Assembly: GCA_963662285.2 (NCBI GenBank)
Contig: CAXXMV010000001.1
Coordinates: 128,001 to 192,000 of the forward strand
DNA length: 64,000 nucleotides
Source: a bacterium
GTDB taxonomy: Bacteria > Hinthialibacterota > Hinthialibacteria > Hinthialibacterales > Hinthialibacteraceae
Reading direction: 5' to 3'
In this document: positions 1 through 10,800 of the stretch, piece after piece
Numbering within the stretch: the first letter of the stretch is position 1
Layout: every line of letters begins with the position of its first letter
Translations under genes and position numbers: made by a program
The notes under the pieces: generated by a model
Told to the model about the DNA's origin: nothing
Databases searched by the model: none
What the model saw: only the letters and a program-made list of their open reading frames with translations

Positions 1-1
1 T

Positions 2-1861
2 TATCGCTTCGATGACCTATGGAGCGGCTTATATATCCTTTACGTTGATAAAGTTGCAGGATATATCTCAGGAGACGCTTCACTCATCGAACATTCCGGC
101 GCCCAAAAGTTAAAACGCGTCTTGCTTTCACAGGATGAGGATATTGAATCGGTCGATTTCTATTTGAAACAATGCTGGAAAATATCAGGACATGTTTTCG
201 ATCCTGATGGTGAACCACTGGCCGGTATCAATGTCATGGCTCGACTCAGTTATACAAATCCTGCGGAAGGACGCTATAGAACGAGTTTATTAGAAAAAAT
301 TGGCGCTGAATGCATAACTGACGAATCGGGGTATTATGAAATATCCGGTCCAATTGAATTGCTGTCTGATAGTAGTATTTCCAGTCTTTATGTTGAAGGA
401 AATCACGAAAAATACGGGAGGGCGAAGAGCGATAAGTTTTATCTCAATCCTGGAGAATCAAAAGAAGACGTTGATCTTAAATTTACCTATTGTGCGATTG
501 TACAAGGTACGGTCTGCGATGAAGATAACAATCCAATTTCCGGCGCCAAGGTGCTGATCTGGCGGGAACCAAAAATAACAGTGAAAAGAGCAGGAGCGCC
601 AAGACATGAAATTGAATATGAAGACTGGAATAATTTATGGACGCGTACTCAGTCCACAGACGAAAAAGGTTTTTACCAGTTTCATTTAATGGATCAAACA
701 GGAATACATTTTATCTATGCTCTTGCAGAGGGTTATCATAACAGCGCTGAGAACAATCTGGAAAAACAAATTACTTTAGAGTCTGGCGCCGATCCCATTC
801 TATGTAATTTCACGCTCCAAAGTGGGATAACGGAAACGTTGGAAGGCGTGGTAGTGAATGAAGATAACCAACCGCTTCCGGATATCGTTCTAAGTCTTTC
901 AGCGCAAAACACGGGTATTGATACACGCCTAATTTATAAAAAAACGGATATTAATGGCCGTTTCTGCTTCGATCTCGGATTGCATCATCGATCCTTGATG
1001 TCTTTTACGTCCCGGAAAAATCCTAAGATTCTACCTCTTGATTTACGCGCTCCTGAATTACGCAATCCATTTAGTCTCCAGGTTTACGAAACAGATGAAT
1101 ATGAATATACCGGGGATATTAAATATTACGATAATCAACGGGTGCATTTTCCGATATATTATGATTGGGGAGAGAAAGATATCCATATCGTAATGACCCG
1201 CAAGAAGGAAGTCGGCCTTGTTTCTTTCCGGGGGCGGGTTTTGGATTCTAACAGCCAGCCGCTGGTTAATTATGATATTCTCGTCGTCCCCGGCTTTGCG
1301 CCTAATATGTTTGAGCAAGGCAGTATGTATTACCGCTGGACTCCGGTTCATTCAAATGACGGCACGTTCTTTCTCGAAAATATTCCCGCAGAACATGGGT
1401 TGTTCCGCATCGCAGTGCGCTCGAAAGAGCATGGTTTCGCCAGCACCGATTTGTTAAATCCTCAAGCCGATGAAATAATAGAAGATATCGTGATCCAAGT
1501 TGGCAAAGGCGCCATGTTAAGCGGCGTAGTCCGCGACAAAGATACTGGAGAACCTATAGCGGATGCGGAGGTATACACCATGCTGCCGCCTTCCCCATTA
1601 CAGCAACAACAGTTGAATTCACGTCTTGGTATAATGTTTGGCGTCCCCAGGGCGCAAGCGCAACTTACTGGAGACCTGGCATCCACCAAAACCAATGAGA
1701 AAGGTGAATACGAGTTGCATAACGTCTGCGTCCCTGCGGTGCGGCTGCGGGTAATGAAATGGAAATATAACGATTGTTATCTTCCAGTGATGAATTTGCA
1801 GCATGGAGAGATGCGAAATCTGGATGACGCCCACTTAACGCCAAAGAAGAGTCAGCCATGA
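2..1861 (+). CDS. Carboxypeptidase-regulatory-like (Cna-B/transthyretin-like) repeat protein, 5'-partial
   Basis: Frame is open from base 2. Repeated 'GxVxDxxGxPxxGxxV...TDxxGxY/F' modules (ISGHVFDPDGEPLAG, VQGTVCDEDNNPISGA, LSGVVRDKDTGEPIADA). Confidence 0.75.
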   Translation, partial: YRFDDLWSGLYILYVDKVAGYISGDASLIEHSGAQKLKRVLLSQDEDIESVDFYLKQCWKISGHVFDPDGEPLAGINVMARLSYTNPAEGRYRTSLLEKIGAECITDESGYYEISGPIELLSDSSISSLYVEGNHEKYGRAKSDKFYLNPGESKEDVDLKFTYCAIVQGTVCDEDNNPISGAKVLIWREPKITVKRAGAPRHEIEYEDWNNLWTRTQSTDEKGFYQFHLMDQTGIHFIYALAEGYHNSAENNLEKQITLESGADPILCNFTLQSGITETLEGVVVNEDNQPLPDIVLSLSAQNTGIDTRLIYKKTDINGRFCFDLGLHHRSLMSFTSRKNPKILPLDLRAPELRNPFSLQVYETDEYEYTGDIKYYDNQRVHFPIYYDWGEKDIHIVMTRKKEVGLVSFRGRVLDSNSQPLVNYDILVVPGFAPNMFEQGSMYYRWTPVHSNDGTFFLENIPAEHGLFRIAVRSKEHGFASTDLLNPQADEIIEDIVIQVGKGAMLSGVVRDKDTGEPIADAEVYTMLPPSPLQQQQLNSRLGIMFGVPRAQAQLTGDLASTKTNEKGEYELHNVCVPAVRLRVMKWKYNDCYLPVMNLQHGEMRNLDDAHLTPKKSQP

Positions 1862-1891
1862 TTGCAATCATGACTTGATATTATTGATGTA

Positions 1892-1948
1892 CAAACAAAA
1901 AAAACAGGGTGGTATGCGCTATCGCGCTCCCATCCTGTTTTTGTTTTG
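1892..1948. terminator. Probable bidirectional intrinsic terminator
   Basis: aaaacagggtgg...ccatcctgtttt stem flanked by A and T tracts, between convergent genes. Confidence 0.6.
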
Positions 1949-2005
1949 ATAATTGAATTGTCTATCTCTCCACATAGATAACAATGCTTAAGTTGTTATA
2001 TCCTA

Positions 2006-3070
2006 CTAACGGGCTTCAATGATCGATTGGATGAGTTGTTTCATATTTCCTTCCGACGTTTTCAGCGCGCCTTTTAGTTTTTCATCTACAGGTGCGCCTT
2101 TCATGCCGATCAGGGCTTCTTTCGCCGCGTGTTGCACTTTGGGTGAATCATTGCTCAAACCTGATAGGATAATTGATGCGGCGCTGGATGTTCCAGTTTT
2201 CCCAAGGCTGACCATAATAGCGCATTTGATATGTTCTTCATTGGTATAACCTAGAATTTTTTCCAGCGCCTCTTCTCCATCGTAGATATTGCCTTGCTGA
2301 ATCTGCGCATCAATATAGCGTAGCCAACTATCGGCATAAGCTAACTGATCACGATAAGAGAGAGATTCAAAATCAGGCAGCGTAACATCACCTTCAGGTT
2401 GTTTACCGATAGAGGCCACAGCTTTCATGGCCGGGATAGCGATCTTAGCGTCATAAGCCCCCATCTCATTAACCAAAGCATCCTTGGCCAGTTCGTCTTT
2501 GCGGTGGCCAAGGGCGGCGATGATTCGGGGTTTGAAATCTCCGGGGGCGTCTTTGAGCGCTTTAAGCAGCGCGTTGGTAGATTCCTCTCCGGTTATCCGC
2601 TCCAGACAGAATACGGCTTCTTCCCGTAGCGCTTTATCATTCAGCAATTCAGCTGCAGTAGGCGTAGCGTCGGCGTCGCCTATAGTAGAAAGATGGCGCA
2701 GGGCTTCAATGCGCGTCTTTTGGGCTTGATCTTTCGATGTGAGTTTGACTAACGCATTCATCACGTTCTTGCGTTTCTTCTCATCCCAATTCCTGGCGGC
2801 GCTATGAACCAAAACGCGCAACGCTTCGCCCGAAGATTTTGCGATGCCGGGATTTTCAGAAACCAAAAGTTTCCCTAGTTCCAATACGGCTTTGGCGCCG
2901 ACTGTGTTTGCTTTCTGCACCGTGGCGTAACGTACTTCGGCATCGTTGCTTTTAATATTGGTTAGAAATTCATCCAAGCGTTTGCTGGCGGCCTGGCTTT
3001 GGGAGGCAGCTGCGATAAACGCTCCGGTCGAGACGGTCTTGGTAAAGCATTTGGTAGATTGTTTTATCAT
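2006..3070 (-). CDS. HEAT/PBS-lyase repeat protein
   Basis: Helical repeats (LREEAVFCLERI, KPRIIAALGHR, VQHAAKEAL). Start moved to MIKQS at 3070 because of the GGAAAGGAG RBS and no overlap with the upstream gene. Confidence 0.75.
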   Translation of the reverse strand: MIKQSTKCFTKTVSTGAFIAAASQSQAASKRLDEFLTNIKSNDAEVRYATVQKANTVGAKAVLELGKLLVSENPGIAKSSGEALRVLVHSAARNWDEKKRKNVMNALVKLTSKDQAQKTRIEALRHLSTIGDADATPTAAELLNDKALREEAVFCLERITGEESTNALLKALKDAPGDFKPRIIAALGHRKDELAKDALVNEMGAYDAKIAIPAMKAVASIGKQPEGDVTLPDFESLSYRDQLAYADSWLRYIDAQIQQGNIYDGEEALEKILGYTNEEHIKCAIMVSLGKTGTSSAASIILSGLSNDSPKVQHAAKEALIGMKGAPVDEKLKGALKTSEGNMKQLIQSIIEAR

Positions 3071-3095
3071 CGTTTTCTCTTTCTCCTTTCCTGGT

Positions 3096-4376
3096 TTACA
3101 GATGCCAGGGTCCACGGCCGGGACGACTGAGGAGGCGGTTGGCTTCTTCATCGTTTTTCACTTTTTCGGCGACTGGGTCCCACTCCAATGGACGCCCCAA
3201 GACGTAGGCGATGTTGCCCAGGATGCAGAGGGTTGCCACGCGGTGGCCGGCTTCGATGTGCATCAACGGTTTTTCACGGGTCTTGATGCAATCGAGCCAG
3301 TTCTCGAAATGGCCGGGGCTGCGGAAGACTTTGGCGCCGTTGGCTGGCGGTTCATATTTCATGGCTTTTTCTTCAGTGCCGCATCCCCCATCCCCGCCGG
3401 TTACGATAAGGGTGTCCTTATCTCCCCAGTACTTGGCGCCAAAACTCGCATCCATCAATTTTTCCCCTGGCTGAGTCCAGGTCATGGTCCAATCGGGGTT
3501 TTTGAATGTATATTTGATATCCATCTTGGTCGGGCAGTCCCATATTCCTTCACGCGGCGCTTCGCCAGTGGCTTCGACGCGAACCGGACCGGTCTTATCG
3601 GCATCCATACACCAGAAAGCCACGCTCATGACATGAGCGCCCCGGTCGCGGATTTGGCCCCCGCCGAAATCGAGCAGCCAGCGGAAATTGAAATGTACTT
3701 TATTGGGGTTATAGGGCATCCAACGCGCTGGTCCGAGCCATAAATCCCAATCGAGGGTGGGAGGTGGATCACAATCGGGCGTCCAATCTCCTACCGGATT
3801 TTCGTAATGCCAGCATGCAACTTTGCTGATTTTGCCCAGGTTGCCATTCCTGATATAGCGGCAGGCATGATAGGCGGCGTTGGTCGAGCGGCCTTGTGAA
3901 CCGACCTGGACAACCCGCGAATAACGCTTGGCGGCGTTGACCATAGCCCGGCCTTCTTCGATAGTCTTGCTGGCGGGTTTTTCGACGTAAACGTCTTTAC
4001 CCGCCTCGCAGGCGTGAACCATCATCAGTCCATGCCAGTGATCCGGAGCGCCGATGGTGACAGCGTCTATATCTTTGCGGTCAAGCAGGTCACGGTAATC
4101 CTTGTATAAACCGGGATTGCCGCCCACCCGTTCGGCTGCGCTTTTGAGATGATTTTGATCCACGTCACAGATCGCCGCCGTAACGCCGGGTCGAAGAAAT
4201 GCTGAACCGCGCCCTCCCACGCCTATACTGCCCAGTACGATAGTATCGCTCGGCGCAGGATTTCCATCCGCGCCGAGTACGCGGCGCGGTACTATAGAGA
4301 ACGCCAATGCGCCTGCGGACGCTGTAGTGGCGCTTGATAGAAACGAACGTCTGCTGATTTTGCCCTTATTTGTCAT
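3096..4376 (-). CDS. Tat-exported Gfo/Idh/MocA family oxidoreductase
   Basis: SRRSFL twin-arginine signal, GxGGRG Rossmann motif, PDHWH, VEKP, WDLWLGPA. Start set at MTNKGK. Confidence 0.9.
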   Translation of the reverse strand: MTNKGKISRRSFLSSATTASAGALAFSIVPRRVLGADGNPAPSDTIVLGSIGVGGRGSAFLRPGVTAAICDVDQNHLKSAAERVGGNPGLYKDYRDLLDRKDIDAVTIGAPDHWHGLMMVHACEAGKDVYVEKPASKTIEEGRAMVNAAKRYSRVVQVGSQGRSTNAAYHACRYIRNGNLGKISKVACWHYENPVGDWTPDCDPPPTLDWDLWLGPARWMPYNPNKVHFNFRWLLDFGGGQIRDRGAHVMSVAFWCMDADKTGPVRVEATGEAPREGIWDCPTKMDIKYTFKNPDWTMTWTQPGEKLMDASFGAKYWGDKDTLIVTGGDGGCGTEEKAMKYEPPANGAKVFRSPGHFENWLDCIKTREKPLMHIEAGHRVATLCILGNIAYVLGRPLEWDPVAEKVKNDEEANRLLSRPGRGPWHL

Positions 4377-4636
4377 AATTGATTCACCCTTCCTATCGAA
4401 TCCGCTAAATGCGCTTCGATATGATGAATTCAATTCTAACATATATTCAAACGATGAGTAAACCTGAAAGCGTTGGTTCAAGCAGTTATCATGATTATAT
4501 TAGTTTATAGAAATATAATCATTAAAACACTAAAGTATCTTTCAATCATGTTTTTGTTTGTTTACTATTGACAAGATATGTCTACATGTACCATCATCCA
4601 ATCTACAAGTAACAATGACTGTTTCAGGAGAAAATC

Positions 4637-6757
4637 ATGCTAATCAAAACAAAACGTTTATCAATTTTTTTGATATTAACTGTAGTAATCGCAATATCCA
4701 CTATCGCGGAAGAAGCCAAACGAACCGTCATCAACCTGAATGGGACATGGAATATCGCCGAAGGCGGTATGGATGCCGTGCCTGATGCTTTTACCTATAA
4801 GGCGCCAGTTCCGGGATTGGTTGATATGAGTTCGCCTGACTTTTTTGAGGTGGGCATCGAGAGCGAGCGCCGCGAGGCGTTTTGGTATCAACGAACTTTC
4901 AAAGTGGCTGGCGATATCCCGGCTTCGGCGATTTTGAAAATCCATAAAGCCAAGTATGGAACCAAGGTCTACTTAAACGGCAGCCTAGTAGGTCAGCATC
5001 TGCCATGTTTCACTCCCGGATATTTCAATATTAAGCCATATCTCAAAGGCGCCAACCAACCCAACCAATTGGTTATCCGGGTCGGCGCCCATTTAACATC
5101 GGTTCCCAAGTCGATCCCTAACGGGTGGGATTTTGAAAAGTATAAGTATATCCCCGGCATCTATGACGACGTGGAGGTAATTCTGTGCGGCGCCCAGCGC
5201 ATCGTCAACATCCAGACTGCGCCGGATATAGATAAACAGGTGGTGCGCATTCAGGCTGAGATCGAAAGCGAAGAGCAAGACGATAACCTATGCTTGACCT
5301 ATCGCATATCCGAAGTCGCCTCAGGTAATATCGTGGCAACTGGAAAAACGCAAGCCGCCGAAATATCCGCTAATACAATCAAGGTCATTGATTTCAATGT
5401 GCCAATGGCCGATTGTCAACTATGGTCGCCGGAGAATCCCTTTTTGTACAAACTGGAAATAGAGACGCCAGCAGATTCTTTATCAACCAGATTCGCCATG
5501 CGTTCATTCCGTTTTGACGAAAAAACCGGACGGGCCATATTGAATGGCAAGCCCTACATGATGCGAGGTACCAATGTCTGCATCTACCGATTCTTCGAAG
5601 ACGCCGCGCGGGGAAGTTTGCCCTGGAACAAAGAATGGGTTCGCAACCTGCATAAAAAGTTCCAAAGCATGAACTGGAACTGCATACGCTATTGCATCGG
5701 CTTCCCTCCGGAGTTCTGGTATGACATCGCTGACGAGTTAGGAATCCTGATCCAGGATGAATTCCCCATCTGGTCACTCAGTGAATGGCCCAAAGAACTG
5801 AAAGCCGACGCCATTGCACGGGAATATCAAGAATGGATGCGGGAGCGTTGGAATCACCCCTGCGTGGTTTGGTGGGATGCGCAGAATGAATCAGTCACCG
5901 AAGAGACTGGTAAAGCCTTGATGAAAGTTCGCCAACTTGATTTATCCAACCGCCCCTGGGATAACGGCTGGGGAATGCCCCAAGCTAAAAGCGACACTCT
6001 CGAATCGCATCCCTATTATTTCCAACAAGCATGGAAAAAAGTTATTCCTATAAATATGGAGAAATTCGGCGCCGGAAATGGAATTCCAAACGTGCGCAGC
6101 ATCCAGAATGATTTACCAAATCCGATAATTATCAACGAATACGGTTGGTTATGGATCAACCGCGACGCCTCGGTCACCTCGCTGACCAATTATGTATATG
6201 AAAGTCTTCTCGGCCCTGACTCGACTGGCGCCGAGCGGCGGGAGTTATACGCCCGTTATCTGGCCGAATTAACCGAATTCTGGCGGGTCAAACGTAAATG
6301 CGCGGCGGTAATGCACTTTTGTGGATTAGGTTACTCGCGTCCCGGAGGCACAGTACGCCCCGTAGCAGGCGCCACCAGCGACCACTTCACCGATGTAGCC
6401 CATCTAAAATTCGAGCCGAATTTTTGGAAATACGTAAGAGATTCCTTCGCCCCGGTCGGTCTGATGATCGATGTCTGGAAGGAAAAATTCTCATCTGGTC
6501 AATCAATATCAGTCCCGGTCGATGTAATAAATGACCTTAATCCAACCTGGAATGGATTAATCCGTCTACGGATTACACAGGATAACCAAATCCTATCCGA
6601 GCAATCCCAAACCTGCCGCGTCGAGGGGTTAGGTCACGCACGGCTGGAATTTTCAGTAACGCTCCCGAAAGAGCCGGGTAAATACGATATAATCGCAGAA
6701 TTGGTAAAACCTGAAGAAGAATCAGTCTTCAGCTACCGTTTCTTTACCATTGAATAG
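4637..6757 (+). CDS. Secreted glycoside hydrolase family 2
   Basis: Signal peptide, LNGTW, LWSPENPFLY, WNHPCVVWWDAQNE (acid/base), IINEYG (nucleophile). Confidence 0.85.
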   Translation: MLIKTKRLSIFLILTVVIAISTIAEEAKRTVINLNGTWNIAEGGMDAVPDAFTYKAPVPGLVDMSSPDFFEVGIESERREAFWYQRTFKVAGDIPASAILKIHKAKYGTKVYLNGSLVGQHLPCFTPGYFNIKPYLKGANQPNQLVIRVGAHLTSVPKSIPNGWDFEKYKYIPGIYDDVEVILCGAQRIVNIQTAPDIDKQVVRIQAEIESEEQDDNLCLTYRISEVASGNIVATGKTQAAEISANTIKVIDFNVPMADCQLWSPENPFLYKLEIETPADSLSTRFAMRSFRFDEKTGRAILNGKPYMMRGTNVCIYRFFEDAARGSLPWNKEWVRNLHKKFQSMNWNCIRYCIGFPPEFWYDIADELGILIQDEFPIWSLSEWPKELKADAIAREYQEWMRERWNHPCVVWWDAQNESVTEETGKALMKVRQLDLSNRPWDNGWGMPQAKSDTLESHPYYFQQAWKKVIPINMEKFGAGNGIPNVRSIQNDLPNPIIINEYGWLWINRDASVTSLTNYVYESLLGPDSTGAERRELYARYLAELTEFWRVKRKCAAVMHFCGLGYSRPGGTVRPVAGATSDHFTDVAHLKFEPNFWKYVRDSFAPVGLMIDVWKEKFSSGQSISVPVDVINDLNPTWNGLIRLRITQDNQILSEQSQTCRVEGLGHARLEFSVTLPKEPGKYDIIAELVKPEEESVFSYRFFTIE

Positions 6758-6772
6758 GGTTAACTCTAAACG

Positions 6773-6810
6773 ATACAAGCCCTTATCTATCGATAGATAA
6801 GGGCTTGTAT
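6773..6810. terminator. Perfect 38-bp palindrome, probable terminator
   Basis: atacaagcccttatctatcgatagataagggcttgtat equals its own reverse complement and is followed by T residues, just after the GH2 stop. Confidence 0.6.
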
Positions 6811-6849
6811 TTTACTTATAGAACAGTGCAAAAAGGAATTAGAGCAACA

Positions 6850-7578
6850 ATGCCCGAAAATTCAATAATCATTGATATTCCCCTTCTAACATCCAACGCA
6901 AAACCACTTGAACTGGCGTTAATTCCCGCAGGCTCATTCACTATGGGCAGCCCCGATCATGAAAAGGATCGACGTAACGATGAAGGTCCAGTCCATCAAG
7001 TGACAATCACCAAACCATTCTACCTGGGGAAATTCCCCATCACTCAAATCCAATGGCAAACCGTAATGGGTAATAATCCTTCACTTTTCCAGGGAATGAA
7101 CCGTCCGGTTACACGAATATCCTGGGATCATTGTCAAACGTTCATCCATAAAATCAACCAGAAGGGCGCCGGGATATTCCGCTTGCCAACCGAGGCCGAG
7201 TGGGAGTATGCCTGCCGGGCGGGAACATCCACCCGTTTTTATTGGGGGGATGATGCAGATTGCAGAGAAATTGACCTAAATGCCTGGTATTCCAACAATT
7301 CAGGCGGGACGCCCCATGAAGTTGGATTAAAGAAACCCAATCCCTGGGGGTTGTTCGATATGAGCGGCAACGTATGCGAATGGTGTCAGGATTGGAAGGG
7401 AGATTATCCTTCTGCTGATGTAGTTGATCCACAAGGCCCTGATAGCGGCGAGTTCCATGTAATACGCGGCGGCGCCTTTGGCTATTATTCCGGAGACTGC
7501 CGGTCGGCCATACGCTGCTTCGGAAGGCCAGCCTACCTATTTTACGGCAATAGTTTTCGTTTAGTTAAAATGGCATAA
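6850..7578 (+). CDS. FGE-sulfatase / SUMF1-family (C-type lectin fold) domain protein
   Basis: IPAGSFTMGS, EGPVHQV, RLPTEAEWEYACRAG, NPWGLFDMSGNVCEW, RGG...FR. Start at MPENS with an upstream AAGGA. Confidence 0.9.
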   Translation: MPENSIIIDIPLLTSNAKPLELALIPAGSFTMGSPDHEKDRRNDEGPVHQVTITKPFYLGKFPITQIQWQTVMGNNPSLFQGMNRPVTRISWDHCQTFIHKINQKGAGIFRLPTEAEWEYACRAGTSTRFYWGDDADCREIDLNAWYSNNSGGTPHEVGLKKPNPWGLFDMSGNVCEWCQDWKGDYPSADVVDPQGPDSGEFHVIRGGAFGYYSGDCRSAIRCFGRPAYLFYGNSFRLVKMA

Positions 7579-7601
7579 AATGGCAACATCATGCCATTTT
7601 A
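7576..7601 (+). other. 10-bp stem hairpin directly after the FGE-domain gene
   Basis: taaaatggca-acatca-tgccatttta. The left arm is also tandemly duplicated at 7566-7585. Confidence 0.5.
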
Positions 7602-7894
7602 CAATTTTTCCCCTCAATTCCGCTTATGGATGGTTACAAAAACAAGTCTTGTATTATAGAATCTTTTCTAACAATTGTGGAATAAGAAATGATTTTATGG
7701 ATTGGGGATGATTTCGTCTTGCTCTCCTTTTAATTATATTTCTTACCATTTAATTCATCTTGGTTATAGCGGAAGTTTCACCCTCCCCTATTGGCATTAG
7801 GGAAAGAGATGACCGCGCATATTTTTTTAAGTGTGAGAGTTCTTCTACTTTACTAAATTTTACTAAATAAAAGAAACGAGAGGAAAGTATTTCA

Positions 7895-10800
7895 ATGCCC
7901 AGACGCGAAGACATTAAAAAAGTATTGATTATAGGTTCTGGACCCATCGTGATCGGCCAGGCGTGTGAGTTCGACTATTCTGGAACTCAGGCCTGCAAGG
8001 CTCTGCGCGAATTAGGATACGAAATTGTCCTGGTTAACTCCAATCCAGCTACTATTATGACCGATCCGGGAATGGCCGATGTCACCTACATCGAACCGCT
8101 CGAACTAGATTCGATCACCAAGATTATCGAAAAAGAACGCCCCGACGCACTGCTGCCAAACCTGGGCGGGCAATCGGCGTTGAATCTGGCGTCGGAACTC
8201 CACAAGGCCGGCGTTCTGGAAAAGTATGACGTCAAAGTCATCGGCGTTCAGGTAGATGCCATCGAACGCGGCGAAGATCGCGTGGCCTTTAAGCAAACTA
8301 TGGACTCGCTGGGCATCGAAATGCCCAAAAGCACAGCGGTTTACAATGTCGAAGACGCCGAAAAAGTTGCGGCGGAACTGGAATATCCGGTAGTGATTCG
8401 TCCCGCTTACACTATGGGCGGCACCGGAGGCGGTCTGGTATATAACGTGGAAGAGTTACGAGTTATAGCCAGTCGTGGTTTGGCGGTCAGCTTGATCCAT
8501 CAGATTCTGGTTGAAGAATCGGTGCTGGGCTGGGAAGAGTTGGAACTGGAAGTAGTGCGCGACGCCAAGAACCAGTTGATTACTGTCTGCTTCATCGAAA
8601 ACGTTGACGCCATGGGCGTACATACCGGAGATTCATATTGCACCGCCCCCATGTTGACCATCTCTCCAGAACTTCAGGCCAAATTGCAAGATTATTCATA
8701 CCGCATCGTCGAAGCCATTCAAGTTATCGGTGGAACCAATGTCCAGTTCGCCCATAATCCCAAAGACGGACGGGTAGTGGTCATCGAGATTAATCCGCGC
8801 ACCTCACGTTCATCAGCCTTAGCCTCAAAAGCGACTGGATTCCCCATAGCCCTTATTTCATCCAAACTGGCAGCGGGATTAACTATGGATGAAATCCCCT
8901 ATTGGCGCGACGGAACATTGGAAAAGTATACCCCGTCTGGTGATTATGTAGTTGTCAAGTTCGCTCGCTGGGCTTTCGAGAAATTCAAGGACGCGGAAGA
9001 CAAACTAGGAACCCAGATGCGGGCCGTCGGCGAAGTAATGTCCATCGGCAAAAACTATAAAGAAGCATTCCAGAAAGCCATCCGCTCGCTCGAACAAGGG
9101 CGCTATGGGCTTGGATTCGCCAAGGATTTCAACACGCTGCCGCTGGAAAAGTTGATGAAACGGCTCAACGAACCCAGCAGCGAACGCCAGTTCCTGATGT
9201 ACGAAGCGCTTCGTAAAGGAGCGACTGTCGAGGAACTATTCGAAAAAACCTACATCAAAGCCTGGTTCATTGAACAGATGAAGGAACTGGTTGAACTTGA
9301 GGAGCAGATTCTGAAATATAAAGGCAAACTGCCTCCCGACGAGCTGCTGATTCAGGCTAAAAAAGATGGATTCGCTGATAAGTACCTATCGAAACTGCTA
9401 GGCGTCTCAGAAGAGACCATCCGCAATCAACGCATCGCGCTTGGCCTTAAGGAAGCATGGGAGCCAGTCCCGGTATCCGGTGTGGAAGACGCCGCCTATT
9501 ATTTCTCCACCTATAATGCTCCTGACGCAGTTAAGACTACTAGCAACAAGAAAGTCATGGTGCTGGGTGGTGGACCAAACCGCATCGGCCAGGGCATCGA
9601 ATTCGATTACTGCTGCGTCCACGCCGCTTTTGCTGCGCGCGATGCTGGATACGAAACAATTATCGTCAACTGCAATCCGGAAACAGTTTCCACTGATTAT
9701 GACACCTCCGACAAACTCTATTTTGAACCGTTGACGGTTGAGGATGTCTTAAGTATTTACGAAAAAGAGAAGCCCGAAGGCGCAATCGTTCAGTTCGGCG
9801 GCCAGACGCCGCTCAATATCGCTGAAGAGTTAGAGAAGAATGGCGTCAAGATTCTGGGAACCTCGCCCGCCACTATCGAAATGGCTGAGGATCGCGACAT
9901 ATTCCGCAAGATGATGGAAAAACTGGGCATTCCCATGCCAGCGGCCGCGATGGCTTCCAACCTGGAGCAAGCCCTGACAGCGGCGGAACGCATCGGCTAC
10001 CCGCTTATGCTGCGGCCTTCGTTCGTGCTGGGCGGACGCGGTATGGAGATTATCTACGACGAAAATATGCTGCGCGAATACGTAATGACCGCTGTTGGAG
10101 TAACCCCGGAACGTCCTATCCTGATTGACAAGTTCCTGGAGAACGCAGTTGAGATGGAGACCGACGCCATTTCCGATGGAACCGATGTGTTTATTCCAGC
10201 TATCATGGAGCACATCGAACAGGCTGGAGTGCATTCAGGAGATTCGGCCTGCGTCATCCCACCGATCAGCATACCCGAAAAGCACCTGAAGACTATTTCC
10301 GAATACACCAAAAAGATTGCTCAGGAACTAAATGTAGTTGGATTAATGAACATGCAGTACGCCATCGCCGACGAAGTGGTCTACGTGCTCGAAGCCAATC
10401 CACGCGCCTCACGCACCGTGCCGCTGGTTTCTAAAGTATGCAATATCTCCATGGCAAGAATCGCCACTGAGATCATGCTGGGCAAAAAACTGTCCGACAT
10501 GAATTTGACCCACAAAAAGATACCTCATTTCGGCGTCAAGGAATCGGTCTTCCCCTTCTCCATGTTCCCCGAAGTCGATCCGGTCTTAGGGCCGGAAATG
10601 CGTTCTACTGGCGAAGTGCTGGGCATAGCCGATTCGTTCGGAATGGCCTTTTTCAAATCGCAAGCGGGCGCCAAGCAAACCCTGCCTACTGAAGGCGCGG
10701 TTCTTATGAGCCTGACCGACAAGGATAATCCGCAGGTACTAAAGGCGGCGCAGAAATTCGTTGACCTTGGTTTCACCATCAAAGCCACTCAGGGAACTCA

